Shown: positions 12,568-25,679 of the stretch, piece by piece
Layout of the letters: every line of letters begins with the position of its first letter
Numbering within the stretch: the first letter of the stretch is position 1
Source of the DNA: Phoronis australis
Lineage: Eukaryota > Animalia > Phoronida
DNA length: 64,000 nt
Direction of reading: 5' to 3'
Assembly: GCA_002633005.1 (NCBI GenBank)
Contig: NMRA01000011.1
Span: forward strand, 713,931 to 777,930
Notes under the pieces: generated by a model
Told to the model about the DNA's origin: nothing
Database searches by the model: none
What the model saw: only the letters and a program-made list of their open reading frames with translations
Program-made: the position numbers and the translations under genes

Positions 12568-15500
12568 ATGGACACAGGTGAGTGTGCAGGTACGTCAGAG
12601 TTGGAGAAGATCAAAGCTTTTGAGGTAAGCATATCAACGCTTGAAAGTTCAGCGATTATTTCTGCACATAAACGGATAAGGAAGTACATACACTCCTCGA
12701 AAGAACACGAATCAGTCAGTTGAAAAATGCTTTATCTCAATGCACCCAGCGGCAAAGCAAGACGACTACGGCTGAACTTCTGTCGCTTACCAAGTCCAAC
12801 GACGAACTCAAAATAGATCTACGGCGCGTCAAAAGAATGAAGGACTACTACGAAAAACAGACCGCCTCTTCGCGACAGGAGAACGACATCCTTCAGCAAC
12901 GCCTTGTTGTTTTGCAAACCAGGAATGGATTCGACCAGGAACGTGCTGCCGAGCGTGCTCAGTGGAAGGAGAAGGAGCATGCCCTTCACAAAAAAAGATC
13001 AAACACGTAAGCAACAAAATAAATTACCAATTGACAAAGGCTAACATTGACATTTGTTCCAAGAAAATTGCTGAAGTGCAGGGTAACATCAAATATTGGC
13101 AACTTGCCGCCACTCAGTACGAATACCAAATAAGCACTTTCATCAGAGACCGGCAATTCGCCACCTTCAAGGACGGACGCAACAGCGATGAGATCAGACT
13201 GCTGTACATGGAGCTCATGTCCATGCAAGTCAGCTCGCGCAATGTTGAAAGAATCATCAAGTGATATTACAATTGTTACATTTCGTTAGAACTTTTAGAA
13301 AGCAATTTTGAAATTATTAGTTCATGCATATATAAATGGAAACACCTGATTGAGCTACTTTTGTTATATGAACGATAATATAGCAGTACTCTCCTGTACT
13401 TGATGAAATTGACGTTTACTTTACGTTTATGACATACACACAAAATTTGTGTATAAATAACTATGCAATGATAATAAGTTGATTGTTTACTCTTACAGAA
13501 CAGTACTGAGCAGGTTGACAGAGGAGACGTCCGTCAGACTAGCTCGAGAGTCCTTCGCTCGCTACATGCTTCTTGAAGCGCTGCCCTGGGCTATTCAGCA
13601 TCCCCAGATAGAGCTCCAGTCAGAGCAGCCTAATCTCACCCTTGGTGTATATGGGACCTCTACGATTGGTCATCACTATGGCACTGGAGCCATATCGTTT
13701 TCGAACGGTCAGACGCTGATGCTAGGACTGCGTGACATGGGCTGCGGTGATGCTGAAGCTTACCTTGCGACCATCCAAGGCATGCTCACCGTGGTGTCTC
13801 GTGAAGCTGCTCTCACCGACTCGTTCCTTAAGAAGAGAGTGGCAAAGATGTACTACACCATGACTGACCAGGCCAGCACCTGCAAGAAACTGAACGGTTT
13901 GTTACACAAGTGGAGAGCTGAACTCATTCCTATGTTGTATCGCATTGGGATGAGTTGAGTGATCCTGAGCAACAAAAACTACTATCTATGAACAATTTCT
14001 GGTGTTGCCTTCACTTGTAGGTTTGGCTGATCAAGCTTATAAGACCTTGGCTTCCTGGGAGAACATCATGCATGGTGGTAGGACAACTGGGTTACCTTCA
14101 CTCCCAGGGGGATACGCCAAACCTGGAGAACAACTCGTCTAGTGGGCGCCGTTTGCAAAGCTGTCCAGGACCATGGCTGTGAAAGATCTGGCAAGCCGGT
14201 ACAGTTTAGGGAGTACATCCAGGAGGAAAGTTTGGTTGATACGGTTCCTCTGAAGCCCTTCAAAGGTAACCGTTTCAACATTTTGTTTGAGAATGTGGCT
14301 GGAACTTTTTACCTTTTTGAAGACCTTAAAATCGTCTTCGAAAGGGTGGAAAGTGAAAACCGCGTCCTTGGGGCTGTGAATGCAGACTTAAATGTGGATT
14401 TTTTTTTCAGTTGTGGCACACAAGCTCTCGGGTTGATTTCCAAAATTGTCACTGAGCCCCTGTGGGGGAAGTTGGAGATGGCGAGCCATATGAGCGAAGT
14501 TACACCAGTGCTCCAGCAGTTGAATGAAAGGTTTCGGGCGTGGTCTTTGGATGTTTCGAGTCTGCTCCGCGGTGAATTTCCCTTCCCTGAGACAACCAAG
14601 AACGATTATCTTCTGACGGCCCTTCTACGAGATGCCGAAAGCGATGAGCAAACCAAGCAACTGCTGGAGTTAATGTTCACCAGCTTCCAGTTGATCAACC
14701 AGCGCCCTCTGAAGGACCACTTGGATGGAGGGAAATTTGCTACTTGGACGGACGAGATGCGGATGGAGACCACGTCTGTGCCGATCACCAACAAGGCCCT
14801 GAGCAGATGTTCGGTCAGCTAGATCCAATAATCTCGCTTAAGCCTTAGCTACAACCCTTGCTGTAGAAGCCATCGCCATGCAGAACAAGAATAAGCCGAT
14901 TCACTGGATAGACAGTGAGTCTCCAGACATGAGAGGTTTATATTGAGCATGCACGGTTTTCCGTGAGGCGTCAGAAGGAAGAGTTTAAGGTATAGTGTTA
15001 ACTTCTGAAAAATAAAATGAAAAGTGTCTATTAATTGTTAACTTCTCAAACCTCCAAAATGCACTTAAACCACTTCATAAGTAGGATATCCAGTCTATTC
15101 GGATAATGTTAGTACATTCAAATGGAGTATTTAGAAATAATGAATTTGGGGATATGAAGTTAAGCATAATCATAATCATAATCATGCATGGTTTAATAAT
15201 TTTAGGAATATTTTGTAATTGGACATTAAGTGAAGCAGACACAATAATTTTACAAGCTGTAATTGAGTGACTTAATTTAAATTGACATATTTTCAGACGC
15301 GAAAACCTGCAGCACGGCGTGAACGTCAACTCTGCCTTGCCTCAAAGCGACAGAAAGCTGCAGACAGGAAACTGGCAGACAGAGTTAGGAGAGAGAAGAT
15401 GACGAATGAACTGCAGTAGGTCGGCAGCCTCATAACATCACCCGAGTCTGATGATACTCATCTGCAGGGAGTTACTGATGCAAGGAAAGGTAAGGTTGTA

Positions 15501-16275
15501 GTGATAAATATTAAGTCCAGAAAGTTTGTGATACAAGAGAATGATGCAAATGGTATTTTGAATCTATTTGCCAGTGGTAAGAAGATGTCCCTTGATGTAT
15601 TGGTATCCAATCCGAAATGTGCAATCCGTGAAGCTCTAGATGAATTTGATGGCAGTGCAACATCTACTTATTTAGCTACCACAGATTCATCGGTAAATTC
15701 TGATATTACTGCCATAAAACTTCCAAATGCAGGAGATGGTTCTTAAGGAAAAAGAAAAGCTGTCGTCATCCAAACGCCACTGTCCCAAGCAACTTGATGT
15801 TCCGTGTGTGAACGAGCCCTCAGATCCCCTGAGGAAACGTGTTAACCATCTGTGTGTTGATAGTGACGGTGAGAAATGGTATCGTGGTGTCATCACTACT
15901 ATGTCTGAAAGGCGATGTAAAACGATGTACACTATACGGTACGATTGTGATCCAGAATCAACGTACACATTTCCGCTGCTTGAAGATCTGAACAAGAGGG
16001 ATCTAGAGCTCATTCCACTGGATCCTAAGTGGTTAGTGGGGAAGATAGTCGACCACCGGTTCAAAAGTGCAGAAGATGGTGAGGAGTACCGGTATACTGG
16101 GAAAGTCATCTCCTACGTCAACGACTAGGAAACTCACGCGATAGAATATGAGACTGAGGAGAGTGGGGAGAATGACGATGAGGATGAAGAGCTAGAAGTG
16201 TATGAGGAACTTCTCCTACAGGACTACACAAGTGGTGATATTAGAATTTTGTACCTTTCTGTCCATATTCTCTGA
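12568..16275 (+). pseudogene. DDE/CxxH transposase-Spin/Ssty pseudogene, copy 2
   Basis: Predicted exons ~12568-13260, 13499-14989 and 15297-16275. Same motifs as copy 1 with a more complete catalytic region (ORFs 13479-13958, 14142-14822). Spin-like repeats at ~15823-16250. Confidence 0.75.
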
Positions 16276-18478
16276 CAATAAGGGCCTTGTAAATGCGCTA
16301 ATAAAGCAATGCTGGTTTTGTTTTTGAAGTTCAAATTTAGTTCAAGTCCAAACGTTTCTGTACACTGAGCATCACTGGACTCGACCCAAGGTAATTTCAA
16401 TTCCATCAACAAATTCAGTATAGTTTTATTTTGTGAGTGAAAATGTGACCATTGTAAGAGTAAGAATGTGAATGTCTTTTTCATAAGGTAATTAAGTTAT
16501 TTGTAAATTTGTTTGTTGTGAGCTGTGTCAAGGAGAATGTAAACTTTTAAGAAGTATAAATTGTTAATGTTTGTTATTGTTTATTAGAATTTTATTTTTT
16601 ATTAACTTACATGTTATTTAATGCTGATTGTTTACAGCTCGCAACATGCAATTTGTCTTGAAGTTTAAAATAGTTTAAGATGCTCAAGTTTTCCATATGT
16701 ACAGACCAACGCTGGACTCAAGTTAGAACAAATTTACATTTCATAGGCAAATTCAGTGTTGTTTCATGTGAGTGAAAATCTGACTAAGAATGTGAATGTC
16801 TTTTTCATAAGGTAAATAAGGTGCTTGTAAATACGTGTGCTGTGAACTGTGTGAAGGAGAACGTCAAGTAGCATAGGTAGTTCATTGTTAATGTTTGTTA
16901 TTGTCCATGGGAATTATAACTTAAGTTCAATTTCAATAATCTTAATTTATTTACAGCTAATCTATTGGTTAATTTGCTCATTATAAAACTAGTTTTCAGG
17001 TTTGTTTAATCAGTTTTCTAGCATAGGCACTATACTATTCATTCACAATTTAAGGTCATACCATGCTAATGAATGTTTATGTTACCGCATGTTTCCTCTT
17101 ACGTCATATTCACATCTTTTGTTTTTAATCTTTTTAGTAATTATAATTATCTCAGGCCCTAGATATCTATGTTCTATTCTGGGAGGGGGGTTGTTTATTT
17201 GGAAGGTGATTATTGTTTTTAAGATATCGTCGCTGAATACCAAACTCAAAACTCATTTACAACAGACACAGAACTTTACAAGTAACAAGTGAAAGCCATT
17301 GACAAAAACTGTATTATTATACAATGATAATGCCAGAAATATCAAAAACAATGAAAGATGGGAAAGCAGAACATTTGACTCAATATTCCGTCAACTGCAC
17401 CTCTTAGATTGTATTTATAACGCGAAACTAACAGTTTTCCTCGTATTGTGTTCGCTGAAGTGGGTAACAGTCTCCTTCATTAAATAATTACATAGATACT
17501 TTTGGTACTGCTTTCATAGATAAATCAATGGGTGTAAGGATAGATGAGTGTCGTACAAAAAAACAATTTTCTTTAAATCTTAAACGGTTTTTAAAATATG
17601 ACGTAAAACTTGAAAAATTAAGGAATTGCGATGCACTTTTCCAATCTTTGCAAGTTTGAGGTTTTTTTAAAAGTTAAAATTCATTATTTTTAAATCTTTC
17701 TAATCCGCAGCTAATTGTAATAATTTGTTATGCTCCACAGGTGACAGCTAATATACACAACAAGTTTCATCAATGTGACTGATCTACTTCAAGAGATACT
17801 GGTCCTTGAAGATGGTACCAGAACGCAAAATTGCGTCGTCACAAATGTGAATTTTTGCCATTCTTTATAATAAAAATATAACATCTCATGGTACAATCTT
17901 TGTTTTCTGTTGTTCACCTACATGAGAAGTACTTCCTATATAGTTTTAAGGTAATAATTACTTTTACTTTCTCTAATACAGGTGCTCAAACATGCTATTT
18001 TTGGGTCTCGAAATTTTCGAGGCTCATTTGCTGAATAAAGGGCCTTTTTTGAGGGTGGAAACTCAAAATATCTCGAAAAAGAGATAAGCAAATGGCAGGT
18101 GAAAAGCAATCATTTTAGAGTACCTTTGACTGATTCTGATTAAATTCGTATTGTGGTTTGCTCACCCTACTGACGGTGTATGAGAAGCAACACCTCGGCA
18201 TTGGTATTTATTCTGTAAACCAAGTCTGCCTGAGTGACACAGTGCTCACAACTCGCTTAAGTTATACCACCGAGGTTGTGAAATTTGAGTCTAATACTGG
18301 AATAAAACTTACTAAGAGATTGTTTATGTTCATCTAGTTTAAACACACCGGTTGGCCTCGTCCTTGGTTGAACCATGCCATGGAGAACTGCATGTTAGAT
18401 ACATGTACGTTCAGCGGACTACAATGTTAATGGAGACTGCATGCGAGAAATTATCCCAGCGTGCAGATTTCAATCACT

Positions 18479-20700
18479 ATGCTTTACTATTGTTGTGTGC
18501 CGGGATGCAAATCATCGGCATGCGGCCACAAGTTTCCAAAAGATACCAGATTACAAGAAGCATGGAGAGTTGCAGTCAAAAGAGTACACGAAGGCACGAA
18601 AAGTCTTTGGATGCCAAAGCCCCATGACCGCGCGTTTGCTCCAAATATTTCCAGGAGAGCGACTACATAAAGACGTTACTTGGTAAGGTTTTAGAAATTA
18701 GTTTTCAGTAACATCATCTATATCGTCCAAGAATATCATCGCTACCAGTTTATATCACTAAATGATTGGTTTTGTTCAGTGGAACCAACTGGATTCTTTT
18801 CAAAATCTTATCGGGGGCTCAGATGGTAGGTAAGTGCCTCCTGCATTAGTTCGTATTTGTCTCCCAATACCACAACAGAAAAGGTAACGGGAAGAATCCA
18901 AGGGCCAGTTTTTCACAACAGTTACTCTACAAGAAGATGCAATTTCCAACAAGATTCTAGATGGGTGAGTATATAATATCCCCGACTCTCCAAAAAAACA
19001 AGTAACCCCCCTAGCATTAGCTGATTAATTACCAAATTAACGTCAGTGAGGTTTTCGATACCTTCCTAACGTCGTTGACATTGTATTGGAATTAATACGG
19101 ACCCCTTGAATGAATTTATTTGTAGGAATGGACACATACTTTAAAAGGTGTCATTAAAACTGCACATTCTGAATCCACTTCACCCTGTTCATTATATTTT
19201 GATTAATTTAAATTTATTTATACCATATATCTATAAGGCTTGTGCATAAAGATTGGTAAAGGCTTTTTTGTCATCAAAGAGGTTGCTTTTATTTTGGGAG
19301 ACTAGAGGCTTTTGATTAGTTTCTACCCGTGAACATGAAGAAAAATGTCAGTAATAAAATAATCATGAGTGTAGCAAACGTTTATTGTGATACAAAAGCA
19401 CTGAATTGTTACCTGTGTTTTATTTTGGTAATATTTCTCCATAAATCCAATTACAGGTGAGAGAAACCGACTTAAACCAGATACAGTCCCATCTATTTTT
19501 CCTTTTCATAAAGCCAAATCTCCTTCAGCAATATCCCGAGATAACCCTATGGCAAAGCGAAGCCTTATGTCTGAGTGCGCCTTCGGACATCCCTGATTGT
19601 GGACAAGAGGTAGAAGCGAGTACTCATGACTGATTAATGCAAAATTGGGATTGCATGTACTTTTTTAGTGCCATACATACACTAAGGGGAATTCAACGAA
19701 AAGACAACATGATTACAATTATTACACTTCAATCTGAATAAATAATTTTTGCAATATCATTAAAAAATCAATTCATAAATTTTGTTCAACTCATATCTTC
19801 AACAGTGCCTAACATATCTTCTAGGTGATAACAGCCACTTCTAGTATTGAGAGAGTGACTGGTGAAGATGAGGACACTGGTCCACCAATGGACGAAGGTG
19901 TTCAGAGTGAAATCATCGCAACTTCTACCATTAAACAAAGTATTATGCTTCACACAAATGACCCAAAATCCGTAAAGTACTTGACCGGTTTTAATCACTT
20001 TCGCCATTTTATGCTTTTTTCAACTGCCTGGGTGAAGCAGCCCACAACTTAAATGTGACATGGAGCAGTCTGTCACAGGAAGACCAGTGTTTCCTAACGC
20101 TGATAAAGTTGCGTCAGGCATTTGATGATTTTTATCTTCCGTTGTTGTTTAAAGTTTCTGTGTCAGCTGTTTCAGAAAAAGTGAACACTTGGATAAATTT
20201 TATGTATTTCCAATTGAGTAATTGAATATTTGCCAGATAAGCGCATCGTTCAAAATTCCATGACAAAAAGTTTCAAGAAGCAATATCCAACAAGAGTGAT
20301 TCTAGATGCCATTGAGATACCAATAAATGGATGACCAGAGCGTCCCATTGTCTAGGTATAAAAACAAGAGCACGTTGAAAACCATCATAGGATGTAGCCC
20401 AAGAGGACTACTTACATTTGTCAGTGACTCCTATGGGGGAAGTGCAAGCGACCGTCAGATAATAGAGCGTTCAGATTTATGTTCAAAAGAATAAGTTGAA
20501 AGTGGCGACTGTATTATGGCAAACAGAGGTTTAATGATTCAAGATATAATGGTCAACAAGGAAGTATTGGTCAACACACCATCAATGCTTAAAGGAAGAA
20601 GCCAACTGGGTGCCATCACTGTCACCAAGGACCCACGAATTACCTCAGAAGCTGGTTCGTGTTGAGCGAGTCAATGGGTTAGGCAATACATTCAAAATTA
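18479..20700 (+). pseudogene. ISL2EU/Harbinger-group transposase pseudogene (THAP + HTH + DDE_Tnp_4-like)
   Basis: THAP exon MLYYCCVPGCKS...FPKD...W (18479-18682); exon 2 RLKPDTVPSIF (~19458); then FLTLIKLRQ, RVILDAIEIPI, GCSPRGLLTFVSDSYGGSASDRQIIERS, IMANRGLMIQD and VERVNGL. Frameshifted and 3'-truncated. Confidence 0.85.
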
Positions 20701-21679
20701 ATTTCTTTAGTTACAATGCACACCCAGATCGTTACACTGCCTTTACTCTGGCAAATGAACTCTGGTGACACGCACGTCTTCGCTCACTCACACACACGCA
20801 GACGAACTTCAAAACAAACGTCACGTGACAACAACATGTGTGTTCGTCCAGGAATTCTCTCGTGTTGCGGGGAACGATCTAGCGCAGATTTGTTGTGAAG
20901 TTAATCCCGACTCCACAAAAACTTAAAAATCTTGGGGACGCTATTTGGAAAACTTAAGGAGGACTTCAGGTAATTTGTTGAGTCGAAACTATATTTTTAT
21001 TCAAGGATTCAAGTTACCCTATCGACGATCGCGTGGTAGCGACGCATAAGTCGGCGAGTTTTCGCCCTGGTATTTCAGAACAATTTTCTGAAAAATGATC
21101 GTAATATAACAAAGAAGTTTGATAGCATGAACCACAATTTTGTAGCAAGTCCGTCATAGGTTACAGATGCGTCAAAGAGCGTAAATTTGATGAATCCTAG
21201 CTTAAGATTTTCACCCGTTCGGAGACGCTTTAAGCCATAATATGCGCCCCCCATTTTGAAACGAATTTTTCTAAGCGCCCTGGGGGCTTATTATGAAATT
21301 GTTAACTTGACCTCACGAGAGAAAGCGACTTACACTGTAGTAGACGTTTCCCGATGATACTTTCGCCAGGAACTGTTTAAAAGATATTTTGACGAGGTTT
21401 CGCGATTCATGCCTCTTTAAGAATATTGCTTTCCACTTTTTTAGCAATAAACAGTACCATTGTTTTTAACAATGTAGTTCATTTGAATAGATGTTCCTTA
21501 TTCAGATTGCCCAATCTTCAATGGTAACACCTGTACATTTGGTTCCTACAGTATGTACCACCAGAATCACATTTTAATTCAAACTACTGCGAATAACAAT
21601 GGTGTTCTATTCAGACCCCTATTCAATACACTTGTTTTCGGCCTTTTGTTGTTTGTCTGGAATCACGCGGTAATGCAAT

Positions 21680-21830
21680 ATGGCACGAAAAGGCAGATTC
21701 ATAAATCATTTGACGGGCTTACATGTGCGTGATTGAACTCGCGTTTCCTTATTTTACTAAGGCTTTGCCAGGACTATCTGGTTAGCCCAATACGTCTAAA
21801 ATAACAAAATTCCGTTGACGTTGGGCTTTA
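21680..21830 (+). repeat. ~150-bp dispersed repeat, second copy at ~35167-35317
   Basis: ATGGCACGAAAAGGCAG...GGCTTTAA in both places. The CTTTAA end resembles a TTAA-targeting transposon terminus. Confidence 0.75.
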
Positions 21831-22200
21831 AATACACTGATTATTATTTATTCCTGAGTGTTGTGCTACTGCTGTAATAGCATATTTTTATCATGCTAGC
21901 TACAAGGGCAGATCCAGGATTTTTAGTTAGGGGGAACCAGGGCAGAGTATTAGCCAGGAATTTTCCCGTCAAACATTCGCACCTCCGAATTGCCACATGG
22001 AATCTGGGACTTTTTGGGGGGGGCATGCCACTGAGTTATAGAGACATGGTTTACTTACACGTGGAGCTGTTTCTAATATAAGTTTACACAAAACTTACTT
22101 CTGACAATACGGTGGCCTGCATTTTGTCGGGATTTGGATCAGCGACTTTGCTAAACTCACATCCGTGATTGAATACATTGAACGCTCGTAGAAACGTTAA

Positions 22201-22797
22201 AGGAGAATGCCACCCGATTTAATTAGTCTTTTTTACCGTCTTAATCGGTTTATATCCACATCGCCTCTTATACGGTCGACCTCACCTTGCCGAGAGGTGA
22301 GAAGCGACGCAGCGACGTCAGTGGTTCGTCTGCAGAGTGAATGCCGCTATATTGCGGTGTAGGACTATCGGTTCCCGCTTGTCCGAACTATGAAGCTGCG
22401 AAGAAAGCGGGTATATCGTTTTTTTCGACTTCTTCGAGAGTCTGAAATGTTTAGGAAGTGGCTTGGGGTAGTGAAGAATGAAAGGTATGCTGTTAGTAGC
22501 AAGTATGAGGCCGTGAAACATCTCCGTGTCTGTGGCCGGCATTTCGTCAGTCGACAGTGATTTCTCTGACGAATTCCGGCTTACCAAAGACCTATACATA
22601 CGTTCCGTTGCCTATGCATGTTCACGGCACCTCTCTAGTATTTCTTGATCAGTGTATTCCGGTTCGAACTGATAGCCTGTGAAACCTAACGATCCGACCC
22701 GTGAAGTCTTCGTCGGATGAGCTCTTGACTAAGTCGGGATTGGCGGAAGGCGAGTTGCCATGTAGACGTTTATTATTCTGCCTTCTCTTTCAAAATG
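22201..22797 (-). mobile_element. Kolobok-like remnant truncated by the satellite element
   Basis: Begins TTAA|AGGAGAATGCC. Minus strand reads GYQFEPEYTDQEILER (~22630-22680), the YxFEP motif typical of Kolobok accessory ORF starts. Confidence 0.5.
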
Positions 22798-25276
22798 AAC
22801 TAGAAAGATTATTGTCAGGGCGTGCTTATTGCTGGAATTGCTTTGGAAAGTTATTGACAACAACCCGTTTACAAATATGAAAAATAATTCTATAAAACTA
22901 TAGGAGAAATACATGTTGATAATTTGATGACCTTTGCACTAATTGACCCTTGCCAATGCATTACGAGCCCAGATTAGGGAAGGAATGTAAACTCGATGAA
23001 AAGTGTGGTTAGTGCTAAGAATCAGAGATGTATTACTTTAAGCACTGAATGAATTGGTCAATATTTGAGAAGAAAAATGCACCTAATGACCCCATGTTTG
23101 CACCAAATGACCTGGGACTTTATAATTGAAACTTAATTGCATTTATTAAACAGATATGCAATTTTGAAGTCTCTAGTTCAAAAATTTAGTTTGCACTCTA
23201 TGACCTTTAACCTATTTTTTCTGATTGGGTGGGCCTATTGGTTAGTAAAGTAGGGTGTTCGATTGGCATGTTGATTTACACCAGTGTGCTGAAATTGAAA
23301 GTAATTCCTTGAAAATTTAGGAGATATAACATTTTGGACGTTAGCTGACCTCTGCACTAATTGACCCTATCCCGTGCATTATAAGCGTCTTTAGAATTAT
23401 TGCAAAGCCCGTGAAAATTTTATATAAAGCTGAGAACATTTGTTGTCTAACGGTTGAAACATCATATTTGGTGAATAAAAAGGGCAAATTTTCAGAAGAA
23501 AAATGGACCTAATGTCCCCATGGTTACACTAAATGACCTGAAACTTTGAATTTCAAATTGAATTCGACGTACCAATCAGACTTCTGAATTTGAAGTGTGT
23601 AGCTCAAAATTTTAGTTTGCGCCTAATGACCTTTGACCTGTTTTATCTGATTGGGTGATTCGATTACTTAGAAAAGTATTTTTTTAAATTGCCTTATTGA
23701 CTTAAACCTGTGCACTGAATTTGAAAAGAATAGCTTTAAAAATGAAGAAAAAGCATTTTGAAAATTACATGACCTTTGCACCAAATGACCTCTTCTGGTA
23801 CATTATGGAATATGATTATATAATGAATCAAAATTCATGTACTGCATAAAATCATATTTTAAATTTGAAGAACATACCTTTAACCTTTTTGGAGGAGTGT
23901 CAAAGTTGGTCGGAAGAATAAGAACTAGAAAGATTATAGTCACAGCGTGACAATAATGGGCTCTGAGCGTGCGTATTAAAGGAATTCTTATGGGAAGTTA
24001 CTGACAGCAACCTGTTTACCAATATGAAAAAGCATTCTTTAAAATTGTAGGAGAAATTATATGTTAATATTTCGATGACCTTTCCTCTAATTGACCTCTT
24101 TCAGTGCATTAGGAGCCCCGATGAAGGAATACTTGTAAACTCGATTAAAAGTGTGGTTAATGCCAAGAATCACAAATATTTACTTTAAGCACTTCAGAAT
24201 ACAACATGAATGAATTGGTCAAACTTTGCGAAGAAAAATTCTCCTAATGATCCCATGGGTACACCAAAGGACCTGATAATTTAGAATTCAAACTCAATCG
24301 CATTTACTAAACAGATATGTAATTTTGAAGTCTATAGCTCAATATTTAAATTTGCACTCAATAACCTTCGACCTATTTTTCTGATTGGTTAGGCCTATTG
24401 CGTAGTAAAGTAAGGCGTTCGATCAGCATGTTGACTTACACCAGAAAGCTGAACTTGAAAAGAATTCGTTGAAAAATATAGGATATAACATTTTGAACGT
24501 TAGATGACCTTTGCACTAACTGACCCTATCCGGAGCATTATAAGCGTGTTTAGGAGAATTATTTCATTCAAAGCCCGTGAAAATTGTGTTTAATGCTGAG
24601 AATCACAATTGTCTAACGGCTGATACATCAGAATACTTGGTGAATGAAAAGGGCAAATTTCTTTAACAAAAATGCATCTAATGACCCAAGGTTGCATTAA
24701 ATGACCTGAAACTTTGTATTTCGAATTACATTAGACGTACCACTCAGACTTGTGAATTTGAAGTGTCTAGCTCAAAATTCTAGTTTGCATTCAATGACCT
24801 TTGACCTATTTTCTCTAATTGGACGACCCTATTGCTTAGTAAAGTAGGGTATTTTATTGGCATGTAGCTTTACACCAATGTGCTGGAATTGAAGAGAATT
24901 CCTTGAAAAATGTAGGAGAAATAACCTTTTCAAAAGTAGATGACCTTTGCACTAGTTGACCCTATCCAGTGCATTACAAGCCCTTTTAGTAGAACTATTG
25001 CAAAGTCCGTGAAAAGAATATTTAATGCTGAGAATCACATTTGTTTAACGGCTGACACATCAGAATACTTGGTGGATGAAAAGGACAAATTTTCAGAAGA
25101 AAAATGCACCTAATGACCCCATGCTTGCACTAAAGGACCTGAAACTTTGTATTTGGAATTGAATTAGATTACCAATCAGACTTGTGAATTTCAAGTGACT
25201 AGCTCAAAATTTTAGTTTGCACCTAATGACCTTTGACCTGTTTTATCTGATTGGTTAGGCCTATTGCGAAGTAAAG
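22798..25276. repeat. Two adjacent Helentron-like non-autonomous elements with ~420-435 bp tandem subunits
   Basis: Heads AACTAGAAAGATTA at 22798 and 23923; a third isolated head at ~52868 shows the hairpin ATTATTGTCA...TGACAATAAT. Subunit marker TGACCTTTGCACTAATTGACCC recurs at ~22928, 23346, 23770, 24076, 24505 and 24941. Confidence 0.7.
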
Positions 25277-25679
25277 TAGGAGCTACATCGCCTCTGGTTC
25301 GGGCCAACAGAGGCGATGGTCAACCATCGCCTCTGTTGGCCCGAACCAGAGGCGATGCAGCTCGTATAGGCGCTCTATACGCTGGAAGCTTTTCGGCGAA
25401 TTATGCCTCGCACCGACTAAACCATCAAAGTCACGTTGTTATAAATACCTTTTGCGCATAGAGGAACACCTTAGGAGGTTGTCGATATGTTTAATTTCTT
25501 CCAACACGAACAAATACTCCCGCTATCAAACTTTTTCTTCCAGCAGTCCCTATTTCAGTTCCCAAAATCGTGAACTCAACATTTTCACCAATGAGATAAA
25601 TATAACTAGAGTTGACATCACGTGGTTTTCGTTGTGCGAAGTGGTCCGCCATCTTGCTGATGGGCGATAGTGGGGCGTC

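Larger units (their letters stand above)
10147..16688 (+). repeat. Copy 2 of the duplication, lacking ~3.6 kb present in copy 1
   Basis: Junction AAAACGTT-GC-TTAAGTCGTTG at ~11707-11727 joins copy-1 positions ~1562 and 5144. Confidence 0.92.

Noticed and set aside
22798-25276. CRISPR-like array
   Set aside because: The sequences between repeated motifs are homologous to each other, so this is a tandem satellite, and the context is eukaryotic.
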